DNA from: Octopus sinensis
Lineage: Eukaryota
DNA length: 64,000 nt
Reading direction: 5' to 3'
Assembly: GCF_006345805.1 (NCBI RefSeq)
Contig: NC_043001.1
Coordinates: 76,632,001 to 76,696,000 of the forward strand
Positions within the stretch are counted from its first letter, which is position 1. Each line of letters begins with the position of its first letter. This document shows, piece after piece, positions 1 through 12,938 of the stretch. Position numbers and translations under genes: made by a program. The notes beneath the pieces were generated by a model. The model searched no databases. It saw nothing but the letters and a program-made list of their open reading frames with translations, and had not been told where the DNA came from.

Positions 1-185
1 CCTTTTATAATAAGAGATTCTATTACTATATATATGATGTCTGACTCCATTGTGTATTATAAATGAACTATCTTTTTTTATATATAACTTTTTTTGATAA
101 GGTTCATTTCAGGAACTGAAACATGTTATAATGTATATATAAAATAAAAAATTGTATAATATAGCAGCATTTTCGAACTCATTTT

Positions 186-191
186 TTACAA

Positions 192-240
<49 letters not shown>

Positions 241-687
241 CCATATATACGTGTGTATATTACGTGTTGTGGTGTGTGTGGTATATACATTTATGTATAC
301 ATATACATATGTATATATACATACATATATATATATGTATATATACATAATATACATATATATGTATATATATGTACATATATACATGTAGATATATATA
401 TATATACATATGCATACATATATATATGTATATATACATATATGTATATATATATGAACATATATACATGTATATATACATATATATACATGTATATATA
501 CATAGATATATATCTGTATATACATTCATATCTATGTATATACACATATATATGTGTGCATATATATATGCATATATATACATGGACATATGGTATGCAT
601 ATATAATTATATATATGTATATATACATGGATATATATATACATATATACATGTATACATGTATATATATGTATATATATGTAATAG

Positions 688-723
<36 letters not shown>

Positions 724-733
724 ATATATAATG

Positions 734-764
<31 letters not shown>

Positions 765-772
765 TTATATAT

Positions 773-821
<49 letters not shown>

Positions 822-858
822 ATGTGTGTGTGTGTATATATATATATACACACACAAC

Positions 859-890
<32 letters not shown>

Positions 891-990
891 CATATACACA
901 CACATATGTATATATATATATAAAATATATATATATATATATAATAATAATAAATATAAAAACATGCATATATACATACATATATGTATG
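186..990. repeat. Compound (TA)n/(TACA)n/(TG)n microsatellite
   Basis: Direct reading; explains the Y/I/M/C-rich ORFs. Confidence 0.95.
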
Positions 991-1216
991 TACCTACCTC
1001 TACATGTATATATACATGCATAAATGGGTACATAAATGGGAACATAAACACAAAACCAAGGAAACGGACATTTTTCTTAAACAACGAGAAAATAGAGTAC
1101 AGGAGATACAAAACAAGAAAAATTCCCCTTCTTCAGTCGCCTTTGTTTCATCTACTCCACGTTTCGAAGGTCAAGGCGATACATGACTTTAATGAAACTT
1201 CCTTCCCGCGAAAATC

Positions 1217-1248
<32 letters not shown>

Positions 1249-1250
<2 letters not shown>

Positions 1251-1530
1251 TATAGCCTCAGGCCCACCAAAGCCTTGTGAGTGGATCTTGTACACGGAAA
1301 CTGAAAAAAAACTGTCGTATATATGTGTATATTTGTGTGTGTGTGTTTGTGTGTTTGTGTGTTTGTGTATTTGTACCCCCACCAACGCTTGACAAACGAT
1401 GTTTGGCAGAATACACAGATAGAATACGTACTAGGCTTACAAGAATAAATCCTGGGGTCTGTTTCTTCGACTAAAGGCGATGCTCCAGCATGGATGCAGT
1501 CACATGACCGAAACAAGTAAAAGAATAAAA
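1249..1530 (+). mobile_element. SINE family B, 5'-truncated copy
   Basis: ACTATAGCCTC..CCAAAGCCTTGTGAGTGGAT..internal microsatellite..GGGGTC..CGACTAAAGGCGATGCTCCAGCATGG..GAAACAAGTAAAAGAATAAAA, collinear with the copy at 7094-7500. Confidence 0.85.
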
Positions 1531-1908
1531 AAAGTATGCTATTTTAATCCTGAGCAACGCCGGGTATCTCTGCTTGTAAGATATAAAGATATAAAGCATA
1601 TTTTATTGTATTGTCTGATTTCATTTTTAATTAACTCATCGTTTCATTTACAATTTAAACGTTTTTTCTTATTTAATATATTATCATATTATTGCTATAA
1701 ACTTCTATTTTTTTTCTGTTTTGTCGCACTGTGCAAAAGAAATATTCTATTTAATTCTACAGCATACACCCATACGCACATACATACATACACACATACA
1801 TATATACATACACATACATACATACATACATACGTATATACATACACATATACATATATACATATATACATACATACATACAACATACATACATACATAC
1901 ATACATAA

Positions 1909-1939
<31 letters not shown>

Positions 1940-2957
1940 CAATTCTACCTGTCGACTGTTCGAAACATCTAACGAAAATCTGGTAATGTAATCACGTAAT
2001 ATAAATAAAACAACTAAATAACCTTGCTATGGAAAAGTACAAAACAGTTTGATCATCTATATTCTTATTTTTATATAGATATACACATAAATACATTCAT
2101 ACATACATACGTATGTACGTACGTATTGTATGTTTGTATAAAGCTGTGTAAATTTATAGTTTACATGTTAGTGTACACGCAAACGTGCAAAGACCTTCGT
2201 CACAGAAACTGGATCGGAAAATAAGCTCTCCTTACAGATAATGCGTGTGAAAACCCATTTGAGCTGGACCACGAATGACGTTTCCTCAGCTACAGACATC
2301 AATGTATCATTCATTGCTCAACTAGTTGTTTTCATACGTTGTCTCAGAGAAGAAAACTGTTTCTGAAACAGTTTTTGCAGCGGAGATCATTCCCCGTTTG
2401 AGTGAACATGAATTGCTTCAGTTTATTTTAGTGTGCTTTAAATTAATTGATGAATGAATGAATGAATGAATTAATTAATTAATTAATTCCTGCTTGACTA
2501 AGCTTTGCACGCCTCAGCAAATTTAATATTTGCTGTTTACATATAAGAAAAGCATTTCTTAGTGAACAATGAACGATGGATTCGATATCTGGAGCTGATG
2601 AAGGGTAAAAACTAAGAAATACGTGTTCTACAGTTCGATATCCAATGCCGAGTTTCAAATAACTGCAATGGTGAAACGTACGTCGAATTATATATTTATT
2701 TTATTTTAATTTGCCACTATGTTTCTGTGTGAATGCATGTGTGTATGTATACACGTATGAGTATGTGCATGTATATATGTATGCTATGTATGCATATATG
2801 TGAATGTATGTGTGATTGTATATGTATGCTTAAGAGTTTGCAAGGTCAAATGTTTTTCAGTGTTAGTGTGTGCGTATAATGTATAGAGAATGCACGAGTG
2901 CGCTGACAGAATGAATACACACACACATACAAATATCTATGTATGTATGTATATATA

Positions 2958-3158
2958 GTTAATCCAAACAAGAAAACACAAAAAAAAACACAACAACGCG
3001 AGGACGTGGAACAAATATAGTATTATTGGACGCTCAGGAAAGAAGGGAAGAAGGAGGGTTTAACGTTTCGAGCGGAGCTCTTCGTCGGAAACATAGGAGA
3101 AGGAAAGATCCCGAGAGGGGAAGTCAGAGAAAATAAAATCGCAACGGTTAACACGAGG

Positions 3159-3160
<2 letters not shown>
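2958..3160 (-). mobile_element. ~200-bp dispersed non-coding element carrying a minimal hammerhead-like motif (copy 1)
   Basis: Its reverse complement aligns with 38395-38598; both copies adjoin (TA)n. Confidence 0.75.
3058..3092 (-). ncRNA. Minimal type I hammerhead-like motif (U4C variant)
   Basis: Minus strand GTTT-CCGACGA-A-GAGC(TCC)GCTC-GAAAC-GTT-AAAC: stem I GTTT/AAAC, stem II GAGC/GCTC, palindromic AACGTT. Confidence 0.55.
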
Positions 3161-3226
<66 letters not shown>

Positions 3227-3310
3227 GTATGTATACATATACAATATACATATATAATAGGATATATATGTGTGTGTATACATGCGTATATATATGTAAT
3301 ATATATATGT

Positions 3311-3376
<66 letters not shown>

Positions 3377-3394
3377 TCTATATATATATATATT

Positions 3395-3442
<48 letters not shown>

Positions 3443-4449
3443 TATATGAAGAGGGAGAGAGAAAGGGAGAGAGTGATGTGCATCTGTTTCTATGTGGGGG
3501 TGTATATTTTGGTGCACATTTAATTATCTACTAATCTTATCTTGAAATCAATTTTATCTCCTCCTCTATTTCAACCTTATTCTATCACAGACGTTCTCTC
3601 TCCCCCTCCACGCACAACACACACACACACACACTCTCTCTCTCTCTCTCTCTCTCTCTCGTCCTCCCTCTCGCGAAGATATATATACTTCTACTAAAAC
3701 ACTAACTTCATCATTTCACCCACACGCATAAACACACACACTCGTACACATGCACAAGTATATATATATATATAGACACTCACACACAGGTACACATACA
3801 TAGGTACCTATGTGTATATATATATGTATGCACATATACGTACACATATACATACATATACACACAGATATACGTACATGCACACACATATATACATATG
3901 TACATATATACATTTATATATACACGCGTACATATGCACATATAAACACATCTACGCACACATATACAAATACACATACATACGAATACACATACATACA
4001 CAACCCATTAATTCACTCTTTAACTACGTTATCCCCACATTCAACCACTTCCCCTTGCCACACACACACACACATACACACGTACAGCCACACATCCACA
4101 CACGCACACATACAGATTTATAAACCTACATTCAATTCCAACTCTACCATCCCATCACACACAAAATGCTCCATCTCCCCCATCCCCATTCACTCATTCA
4201 ATCATTCGACTAGTAAAAGACCAAACCACCCATACAGATGCTGGCCCCCACCCCACAAAGCTGCCATCCACCCGCTGTGTTTAATGCGATATTTGCCGAC
4301 ATTTAAAGCGGGAAACAAGACAAGCGTTTCAACGTTTCGACGTCTAAATCAGGTGGCTTGGTTTGCTTCTGAAGAAATCACAAGGGCGTCACGTGACGTC
4401 TGGTATCGATGGTATTGACAGATATACTCTTCCGGTAGCTTCTGTTTCC

Positions 4450-4855
4450 AGCCCCAAAACACAACCACCACCACAACCGTCACCACCACCACCAAAAAAG
4501 AAAAAAAAAAGAAAAGCAACCACCTTTCAGACTTAACTTCCTCACTCATCGAGGCTACATCTATCGTTGCTACCACCACCACCAACACCACCACCACAAT
4601 CACCACCACAACCACAACCACCACCACCACCACCACCAAAACCACCTCCACCACCACCACCCCACCACCACCACCACCGCCGCCGCCGCCGCACCTCCCA
4701 CAAAGACAGCACCAACCTGCTAATACTATTACAGTCACCACCCCCATCCCCACTACTACAGCAGTAAGAACAACAACAACAACTACTACTACTACAGTCA
4801 CCACCACCACTGCACTACCACCAATCCCAACATCACCAACACCACTATCATACAA
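4450..4855. repeat. (CCA/ACC)n low-complexity tract
   Basis: Direct reading. Confidence 0.9.
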
Positions 4856-5100
4856 CCAGCTCCTTTATAATGGACGCCACCATCTCTCTGAAATGTTACG
4901 ATAATTCTGCGTTCAGGAGTTCTCTCCCCATACTTGACCCCCTCTCCTTCCTCCCTACTATCTCCATACCCGCACCTAGCTTCCGGTATTTTCCTTACTG
5001 AACTTCCGCCGAAAAATATTAGTGTTCTTGTTCCTCTTCTTGCTCTTATTGCGATGAGTTTTTTGTTGTTGTTGTAAGAAACAAATCACCACTACCACAA

Positions 5101-5142
5101 CCATCATCATCATCATCATTATTATTATTATTATTATTATTA

Positions 5143-5190
<48 letters not shown>

Positions 5191-5333
5191 TGTTGTTGTT
5201 GTTATTAAATCCCCACACTTTATGTCTGTCTCTGTATTGTCCCCTTCATCCTTCGCCCTTGTGGCAAATAAATGAAATTATTATTATTGTTTTTCAAGTA
5301 AACCCTTGTGGTTAATAAAGAAATCACCATCAC

Positions 5334-5374
<41 letters not shown>

Positions 5375-5400
5375 GTAGTAGTAGTAGTAGTAGTGTTGAT
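5101..5400 (+). repeat. Compound (ATC)n/(TTA)n/(TTG)n microsatellite containing two short LINE-like 3' tails (5222-5278, 5285-5323)
   Basis: TAAACCCTTGTGGTTAATAAAGAAATCA at 5299-5326 is identical to the 3' end of the LINE at 58728-58755. Confidence 0.75.
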
Positions 5401-5528
5401 GATGCTGTTGGTAGTGGCAGGCAAGCTGGTTGCTATGGTACTGAAGTTGATATTAATATTTGCAGATACTATTAACTTTCCCCTCTATATACACTCATAC
5501 ATGTACATGCTTATGTATGTATATATAC

Positions 5529-5577
<49 letters not shown>

Positions 5578-5635
5578 ACACATATATTATTATATATATA
5601 TGTATATATATGTATACATGTATATGTATATATGC

Positions 5636-5682
<47 letters not shown>

Positions 5683-5770
5683 ATATTGTATGTATGTTAC
5701 ACATATGCACATGTATCTGTTTCCGTATATATAAATACATATCAATAAGTGCATATGTATGTGTGTACGT

Positions 5771-5802
<32 letters not shown>

Positions 5803-6080
5803 TGTACGTACGTACGCAATCTTTTACAACCAGTGAAATGTATTTACTGTCGGATTTCGCGTGTATTAAAAGTTCGGCTCTACTGAAAGTAGAGAATGGT
5901 TAATTGGACAAGTTGGATGGTTAGGAATGGTATCAATATATTTGGACATGAAGAAAAACCGATAATATTAGCTAGACAGGAGAAGACTTGTTTAGAAATA
6001 TCTTCCCCTCTCCTCGACACGTCTCTCTCTCTCTCTCTCTCTCTCGCTTGCTCGCTTACTCACACTAATTCTATCTCTAT

Positions 6081-6112
<32 letters not shown>

Positions 6113-6321
6113 CACATATATATAAACATACATACACTCATTTACACACATAAATATATATATATATATACATTTACACGTACGTAAACACCTAAATATA
6201 TGCATACATATGTGCGTGTGTATATGTATATATATGTGTGTGTTATACATATGTATATATATGCATATATACATATATATATACATATATATATACATAT
6301 ATACATATATATGTTTATATG

Positions 6322-6357
<36 letters not shown>

Positions 6358-6404
6358 CACACACACACAAACACACACACACGCACGCACGCACACACAC
6401 ACAC

Positions 6405-6441
<37 letters not shown>

Positions 6442-7093
6442 TATATATATACATATATATACACGTACATATGTACATATATGCGAAATAAAGAAATATG
6501 GTATTGGCGATTTAGAAAATTGTTAGAGTTAGACAAATCAGGCAAATAAATGGGAAGATTATGTAAACGTCCGACCCAGTCTAATATATCACACGCACAC
6601 CTACATACACACACACACGTACAAACACACACACACAATCACACACCAAGTTATGTGTACAATTGTATACATATAATACAGAATATAGATATATTATTCT
6701 ATATATCATAATCGCAACTCTAAGCAAACGCATATGCGCGCATTCTAGCTGCTTATATACATACACAGTAATCGGTTTGCTGTCTAGAAATGTTACTATA
6801 AATTACAGCGCTAAATGAAACATTGCAATGCAGGTTCATTATAACACAGTATAGAAATTCGTGTTTGACAGGTTATTTTTAACAGTGATACGATAATGAA
6901 TGAACGTGAAAGGATATCAGCAATCTGCTGAACAATCCATAGATTTGCTGCCGTATTCTCTTATACGCTTCTTTGTCTTCTACTTGTTTTGGTCAATGAA
7001 CTGCAGATATGTTGAGGGCAACGTGTTGGAAGATGTTTTATTCAAACAAAGCGACCCTGCTACTAATTAAAATTTTTTTTTTACATTCCGTAG

Positions 7094-7500
7094 GAATGGG
7101 TTTGTGGTAAGTAGCTTGCTTACGAACCGCATGGTTCCGGGTTCAGTCCCACTGCGTGCCATCTTGGGCAAGTGTCTTCTACTATAGCCTCGGGCCGACC
7201 AAAGCCTTGTGAGTAGATTTGGTAGACGGAAACTGAAAAGAAACCCGTCGTATATATGCATATATATGTATGTGTGTGTATATGTTTGTGTGTCTGTGTT
7301 TGTCCCCCCAATATTGCTTGAAAACCAATGCTGATGTGTTTATGTCCCCGAAACTTAGCGGTTCAGCAAAAGAGACCGATAGAATAAGTACTAGGCTTAC
7401 AAAGAATAAGTCCTGGGGTCGATTTGCTCGACTAAAGATGGTGCTCCAGCATGGCCACAGTCAAATGACTGAAACAAGTAAAAGAGAAAAAAGAGAGTAT
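7094..7500 (+). mobile_element. SINE family B, near full length (tRNA-like head, CORE-like segment, internal microsatellite, 3' module)
   Basis: TGTGGTAAGTAG (A-box-like), GGTTCAGTCCC (B-box-like), CTTGGGCAAGTGTCTTCTAC resembling the CORE motif; many paralogous copies in the window. Confidence 0.85.
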
Positions 7501-7569
7501 TCCATTCAAGCGTGATGATGTATGTCTGAATACATACATACATACATACATACAACATACATACATACA

Positions 7570-7601
<32 letters not shown>

Positions 7602-7614
7602 CAGGATAAAGGGT

Positions 7615-7945
7615 ATAAAAGACCCCCTTCGATCATGAATGGCCATGGGATTGCACCTAGAATGTTCCTCTCCGAGGCACAAGTCCGGGCAAAGTTGTTT
7701 ATGAAAGACCAGCAGTCGCCCATGCATACCAGCCTCCCCTCTCTACGCCACCAATGTTTTCCAAGGTAAAAATAAAGGCCGATATAGCTTGAAACCAGTG
7801 ACATCGCAACTCATTTTTACAGCTGAGTGAACTGTAGCAACGTGAAATAAAGTGTCTTGCTCAAGAACACGACATACAGCCCGGTCCGGGAATCGAACTC
7901 CTTACCTTATGATTGTGAGCCCGACGCTCTAATCGCTGGGCCATT
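7615..7945 (-). mobile_element. SINE family C copy
   Basis: Reverse complement of 25104-25422. Confidence 0.85.
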
Positions 7946-8654
7946 GTTCTCAAATTTAAGTCTTGTGCAAATCTTCTATTTTACTGATAACAGAGCGGTC
8001 ATTATGACATGCTTTCATTTCCATTTTCATGATAGTTCTAATTGCTGATGAGGCTAATACTAAAAAAACATATGCACACATACCTAAGGTTTGCCAGGTA
8101 TGTGTGCAGTTATACCAGTAGTAAAAGGCTTTCTCTCATAACCTTAAATAAAGATCAGTAAACTTATATCACTGACCCTTATCATGGAAACGTTGATAAT
8201 TCATCGACCCCTGTCGAGTATAATTTCTATAATAAAGTTAAATGCTTAAATATTTCCTTCGTTCTTTTGTGTCATTAACGCTTTTTAATAAGAAATATTA
8301 AAAAAAAAACTTCATGAAAATACTTAACGAAATTGATAAAGACAATAAAAATTCAGTCATAGATGGATATAGTCGGCATATTTAATGTGAAGTATTGGAA
8401 AAATATGAGTAAAAATGCATTGATATTAATGAATTTTAGCTTTAAATTACGATGCTCTTCTGGATTGGGTTCTCAAATAATTGATTTCTCGATATAACAC
8501 AAATGTAAGCTCTTTAATAGAAACACGATTAAGTTCAGCTATTCTTGCTGTGAGAACTACACATGTTCCAACTATAATCTTCAGTAATAATAAAGATAAT
8601 TTTTCCACTTAAAACAGAATCACTTCTCGTAAAAAGGAGATAAGCGTCATGCGG

Positions 8655-8762
8655 TAAACTAGTACCAGTTACGCACTGGGGTCGATATAATCGACTTAAT
8701 CCGTTTGTCTGTCCTTGTTTCTCCCCTCTGTGTTTAACCCCCTGTGGGCAATAAAGAAATAA
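8655..8762 (+). mobile_element. SINE family A 3' fragment with LINE-like tail
   Basis: GTACCAGTTACGCACTGGGGTCGATATAATCGAC..CCCCTGTGGGCAATAAAGAAATA. Confidence 0.8.
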
Positions 8763-9649
8763 ATATAATTGGAGCATTTGAGACTGTGGTAAGATCAAGA
8801 ATAATTGACTTCTACGGGAGCATCTACTAAAGGGCGATAAGCACCTAAAACATACCGCCACCAGGTATTGATATTTATTCCTTTGCCAACCCCTGCTTTG
8901 GATGAACGTTCAGTTCTTGGAATTACAGGCCACTTACCAAAAACTTCACTGTTTTTATTTTTATTTTTATTTTTATTTCAACAGGAGACTGATTATGTCT
9001 GATGAAGGCATTATTGAAGTCAAGGTATATAATATCTGTATTGGAGTTCTCCCAAAGCATTTAAATGACATTAAAGTGGGGCAGAGGCTGTGTTAAGCAG
9101 TCTCAATCACCACGAAAACAGTGAAAGTTGAGATTTAGGAGGTAGATGCTCCCGTAGAAATCAGTTATTCTTGATCTTACCGCATTCTCAAATACTTTAA
9201 TTATATTAAAGTCAGATAAAATTGTAGTTTACCACACGCCACTTATCTGCTCTTTAACGAAACTGGAGAATAATAACTAGAAGTGAATCTGTTATAAGCA
9301 GAAAAATTATCTATATCATTACTGAACTTTGTGGTTGGAACATGTGAAGTATCACAGAAAGAATAGATGAACTTAATCATGTTTCTGTTAAAGAGCTTAT
9401 ATTTATGCTATATCAAAAAATGAAAAAAAATCATGAAATCTCGTGACAATATGTGAACGAACATTTATAGTAAATATTTCCATAGAATATTAATTACTTG
9501 ATTCATACGCCTGAAAACATTAGTATGAATCATATTGTGAAACCACTGTTACGAAGTTCTTCTAGTGAGGTGAATTGGCAGAATCGTTAGAGTGTCGCAT
9601 AACAAAACTTACTATTGTCCGAGTTCTTTACGCTAGAAGTTCAAATCCA

Positions 9650-9870
9650 TTTGTGTGTCTGTGTGTCTGTGTTAGTCCCCCGCCGTCACTTGACAACCGA
9701 TGCTGGTGTGTTTATGTACCAGTAACTTATCGGTTTGGCGAAAGAGACCGATAGAATAAGTACTAGACTTACAAAGTGTCCTGGAGTCGATTTTTTTTCA
9801 ACTAACACTTTTTAAGGGTGTTCTCTAGCATAGCCGCAGTCAAATGACTGAAACGAGTAAAAGAATAAAA
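9650..9870 (+). mobile_element. SINE family B right half
   Basis: TTGACAACCGATGCTGGTGTGTTTATG..GACCGATAGAATAAGTAC..GAAACGAGTAAAAGAATAAAA. Confidence 0.8.
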
Positions 9871-9939
9871 AAATGACTAACAAGCGCTTGCTGTACTGTT
9901 CAAAATTTTCCGTACGGCTTTTATAAATAAAGTTCACAG

Positions 9940-10760
9940 AAGAGTAGTGAGCTGGCAGAATCGTTACTAAGTCAGACAAAATGCTTAGCGACATCTCTTA
10001 TGACAATTTACGTTCTGGGTTCAAATTCCGCCGAGATCGACTCTGCCTTTTATCTTTTCTAGGTCGATAAAATAAGTACTAGTTGAGTATTGGGGTTGGT
10101 GTAATCGACTTACCATACTCACGAAAAATTCGAAACCAGAATAATATCCACACGCATAGGCATGCAATATATATAATCGTATATAAGGCGACGAGCTGGC
10201 AGAAACGTAAGCACGCCGGACGAAATGCTTAGCGGCATTTCGTCTGCCGTTACATTCTGAGTTCAAATTCCGTCGAGGTCGACTTTGCCTTTCATCCTTT
10301 CGGGGTCGATAATTTAAGTACCAGTTACGCACTGGGGACGATGTAATCGACTTAATCCCTTTATTTCTCCTTGTTTGTCCCCTCTATGTTTAGCCTCTTA
10401 TGGGCAATAAAGAAATAAGAAATGTTAGCACGCCGGGCGAAATTCTTAGCGGTATTTCGTCTGCCGTTACATTCTGAGTTCAAATTCCGTCGAGGTCGAC
10501 TTTGCCTTTCATCCTTTCGGGGTCGATAATTTAAGTACCAGTTACGCACTGGGGACGATGTAATCGACTTAATCCCTTTATTTCTCCTTGTTTGTCCCCT
10601 CTATGTTTAGCCTCTTATGGGCAATAAAGAAATAAGAAATGTTAGCACGCCGGGCGAAATTCTTAGCGGTATTTCGTCTGTCTTTAGGTTCTGAGTTCAA
10701 ATCCTATCGAGGTTGACTTTGCCTTTCATCCTTTCGGCGTCGATAAATTAAGTACCAGTC
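9940..10760 (+). mobile_element. SINE family A monomer plus trimeric array (10186-10760, near-identical 222-bp period)
   Basis: AAGGCGACGAGCTGGCAGAAACG head, GAGTTCAAATTCC B-box; repeated core+tail units. Confidence 0.9.
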
Positions 10761-11668
10761 CCTAGTGTAGAAGAGAATATATACTCGTATGTATATCGTT
10801 GCTCTTATGCAAAAGTGTCGTAAGGCCAAAACGTTGCTTTTTCAGAAAACGAAATAATAGTTTCACCATTCCATAGCAAAACCGTTGCACCACACTTTGA
10901 CAATTTTTGATACCTTGGCATCTGAAGCAGCTGGAGATATGATAGAACCGGCTATTGCAAGCAAAATTAAATATTGAAAACAAAAAAAAAGAACGCATTT
11001 AGCCAAATTTGGATATACGACAGTTTAACATAAAATTAACGATATATATATCTGTATATATATACTTTATAATAATTCTGCTTGGTCACTCCGTTACTTA
11101 GCCCGTCCATAACGCTTCCATGTAATTAATTGAAAGGAAGGTGAAGGGAGGAAAGGGGAAAGAAAGGGGTGTGTGAAATGTGTAATTTTTTTTAAAACTA
11201 ATTTTTTTTCCCGTTACTTAGCCCTTCCGCTACGATTTCACGTGATTAGTTCAAGGGAAAAGAAAAAGGAGAAAAAGAGTATAAGGCGAAGAGTGACAGA
11301 GAAAGAGGGAGAGTGCTGTGTATTAATTCTATAAAATTGTGTATAAAGTGTATAAAGTACGTTAAGTAATCATCATATTCCAATTTCCTTCACTTTTCAA
11401 TGATTAGGAGATGGGTGGCTATATTTTGATACAGACACAACACAGGCTCCGCTATCAGAATTTTTTAGCAAAGTTTTCAGAAATAACCCAATAAGTTTAC
11501 CATAAATTCCGTGGAATATTCACCGGTTTCGCTAGTATATATAAATATGTGTGGTCTGTGTATGTGTATATATATTTATATTTATATATATATATATATA
11601 TGTATATATATGTATATATGTATGTATGTGTATATTTATGTGTATATATCTGTGTGTATATGTGCATG

Positions 11669-11768
11669 NNNNNNNNNNNNNNNNNNNNNNNNNNNNNNNN
11701 NNNNNNNNNNNNNNNNNNNNNNNNNNNNNNNNNNNNNNNNNNNNNNNNNNNNNNNNNNNNNNNNNNNN
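11669..11768. other. Assembly gap (100 N)
   Basis: Run of N. Confidence 1.
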
Positions 11769-11940
11769 AACCGGTTGTTAGTGTGCTTACGTCCCCGTAA
11801 TCTAGCAGTTTGGCAAAAGAGACCGGTAGAACATGAACCAGGCTTTAAAAAAATGCATACTGGGGTCGATTCATTCGACTAAAAATTCGCTCCCAGCTTA
11901 GTCGTAGTTCAATGACTGAAACAAGCAAGTGGTAAAAGAG
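11769..11940 (+). mobile_element. SINE family B right half (starts at gap)
   Basis: Matches the family B 3' module. Confidence 0.75.
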
Positions 11941-12667
11941 ATAATGGCTTTCAGACGGTGTAGATAATTCTCGTAAGTCGACTTTGTTTCTTCATAACTT
12001 TCAGAAATGTGGACATTTTTTTATAAGATTTTCCACAAATACTCTTCAGATGGTGTAGATCAATGCTCCGCAACCGGTATGCCGCGGCACACTGGACTTT
12101 GTTTCTTCATATCTTTCAAAAACATGGATACTTTTTTAATGAAATTTTCTTTTACAAGGCACAGGTGTAGGTGTGCGGTAAGAAGTTTTACTTCTTAACC
12201 ACATGTTGGGTGTGCCGCAGTGTAACCTGAATACAATATTTTCCCCTATACTTTTAGTTATATTTTTAGCTCAGGCTTACTGCCAAATATTGAAAAGAAT
12301 ATAAGTGTATCGCAAGTGAAAAAAGGTTTGGAGGGCGATGGCGTAGATGACGACTATATCGTAATTTATTGTGAAACAAAAAAGAAGACATGGTTCGTGC
12401 GTACACATATATACTAACACACATCACATATTCTTTTTCAAAATTTCAATTTATCAATTTATTGCGCATAAAATTTTAACAACAAAGTTTTATATGGACC
12501 TCCCAAGGGCCATGTGGACCCGATTGAGAACTACGGGTATAGATTATGATTATATCGGAATTTAATGTGAAAACAATGGCGGACACGCACATATGTACAC
12601 TGAAACACATCACACATACACACACATACATACATACATACATACATACATACATACATACATACAT

Positions 12668-12702
<35 letters not shown>

Positions 12703-12738
12703 TACATACATACATACATACATACATACATACATACA

Positions 12739-12770
<32 letters not shown>

Positions 12771-12870
12771 AGATTTTGCTGGCAAACTTTTTGGTTATAC
12801 TTTTATAACCACGAAATATTTAAAGTTTTTATGCAATTCTTAATAATATTTGATTATAAAATACAGAGAG

Positions 12871-12938
<68 letters not shown>

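Noticed and set aside
109-1111. Many overlapping Y/I/M/C/H/T-rich ORFs here and throughout
   Set aside because: Translations of (TA)n, (CA)n, (TACA)n; not genes
1100-1200. GAAACGTG and CTGAAGA motifs on minus; similar partial motifs at 4320-4380 and 8160-8200
   Set aside because: G at position 17 or broken core (CTGATTT, CTGACCC); stems do not close
4349-4855. Poly-Pro/Val/His ORFs (also 17384-17896, 58679-59180, 62320-62870, 63598-63998)
   Set aside because: Trinucleotide low-complexity DNA open in several frames on both strands
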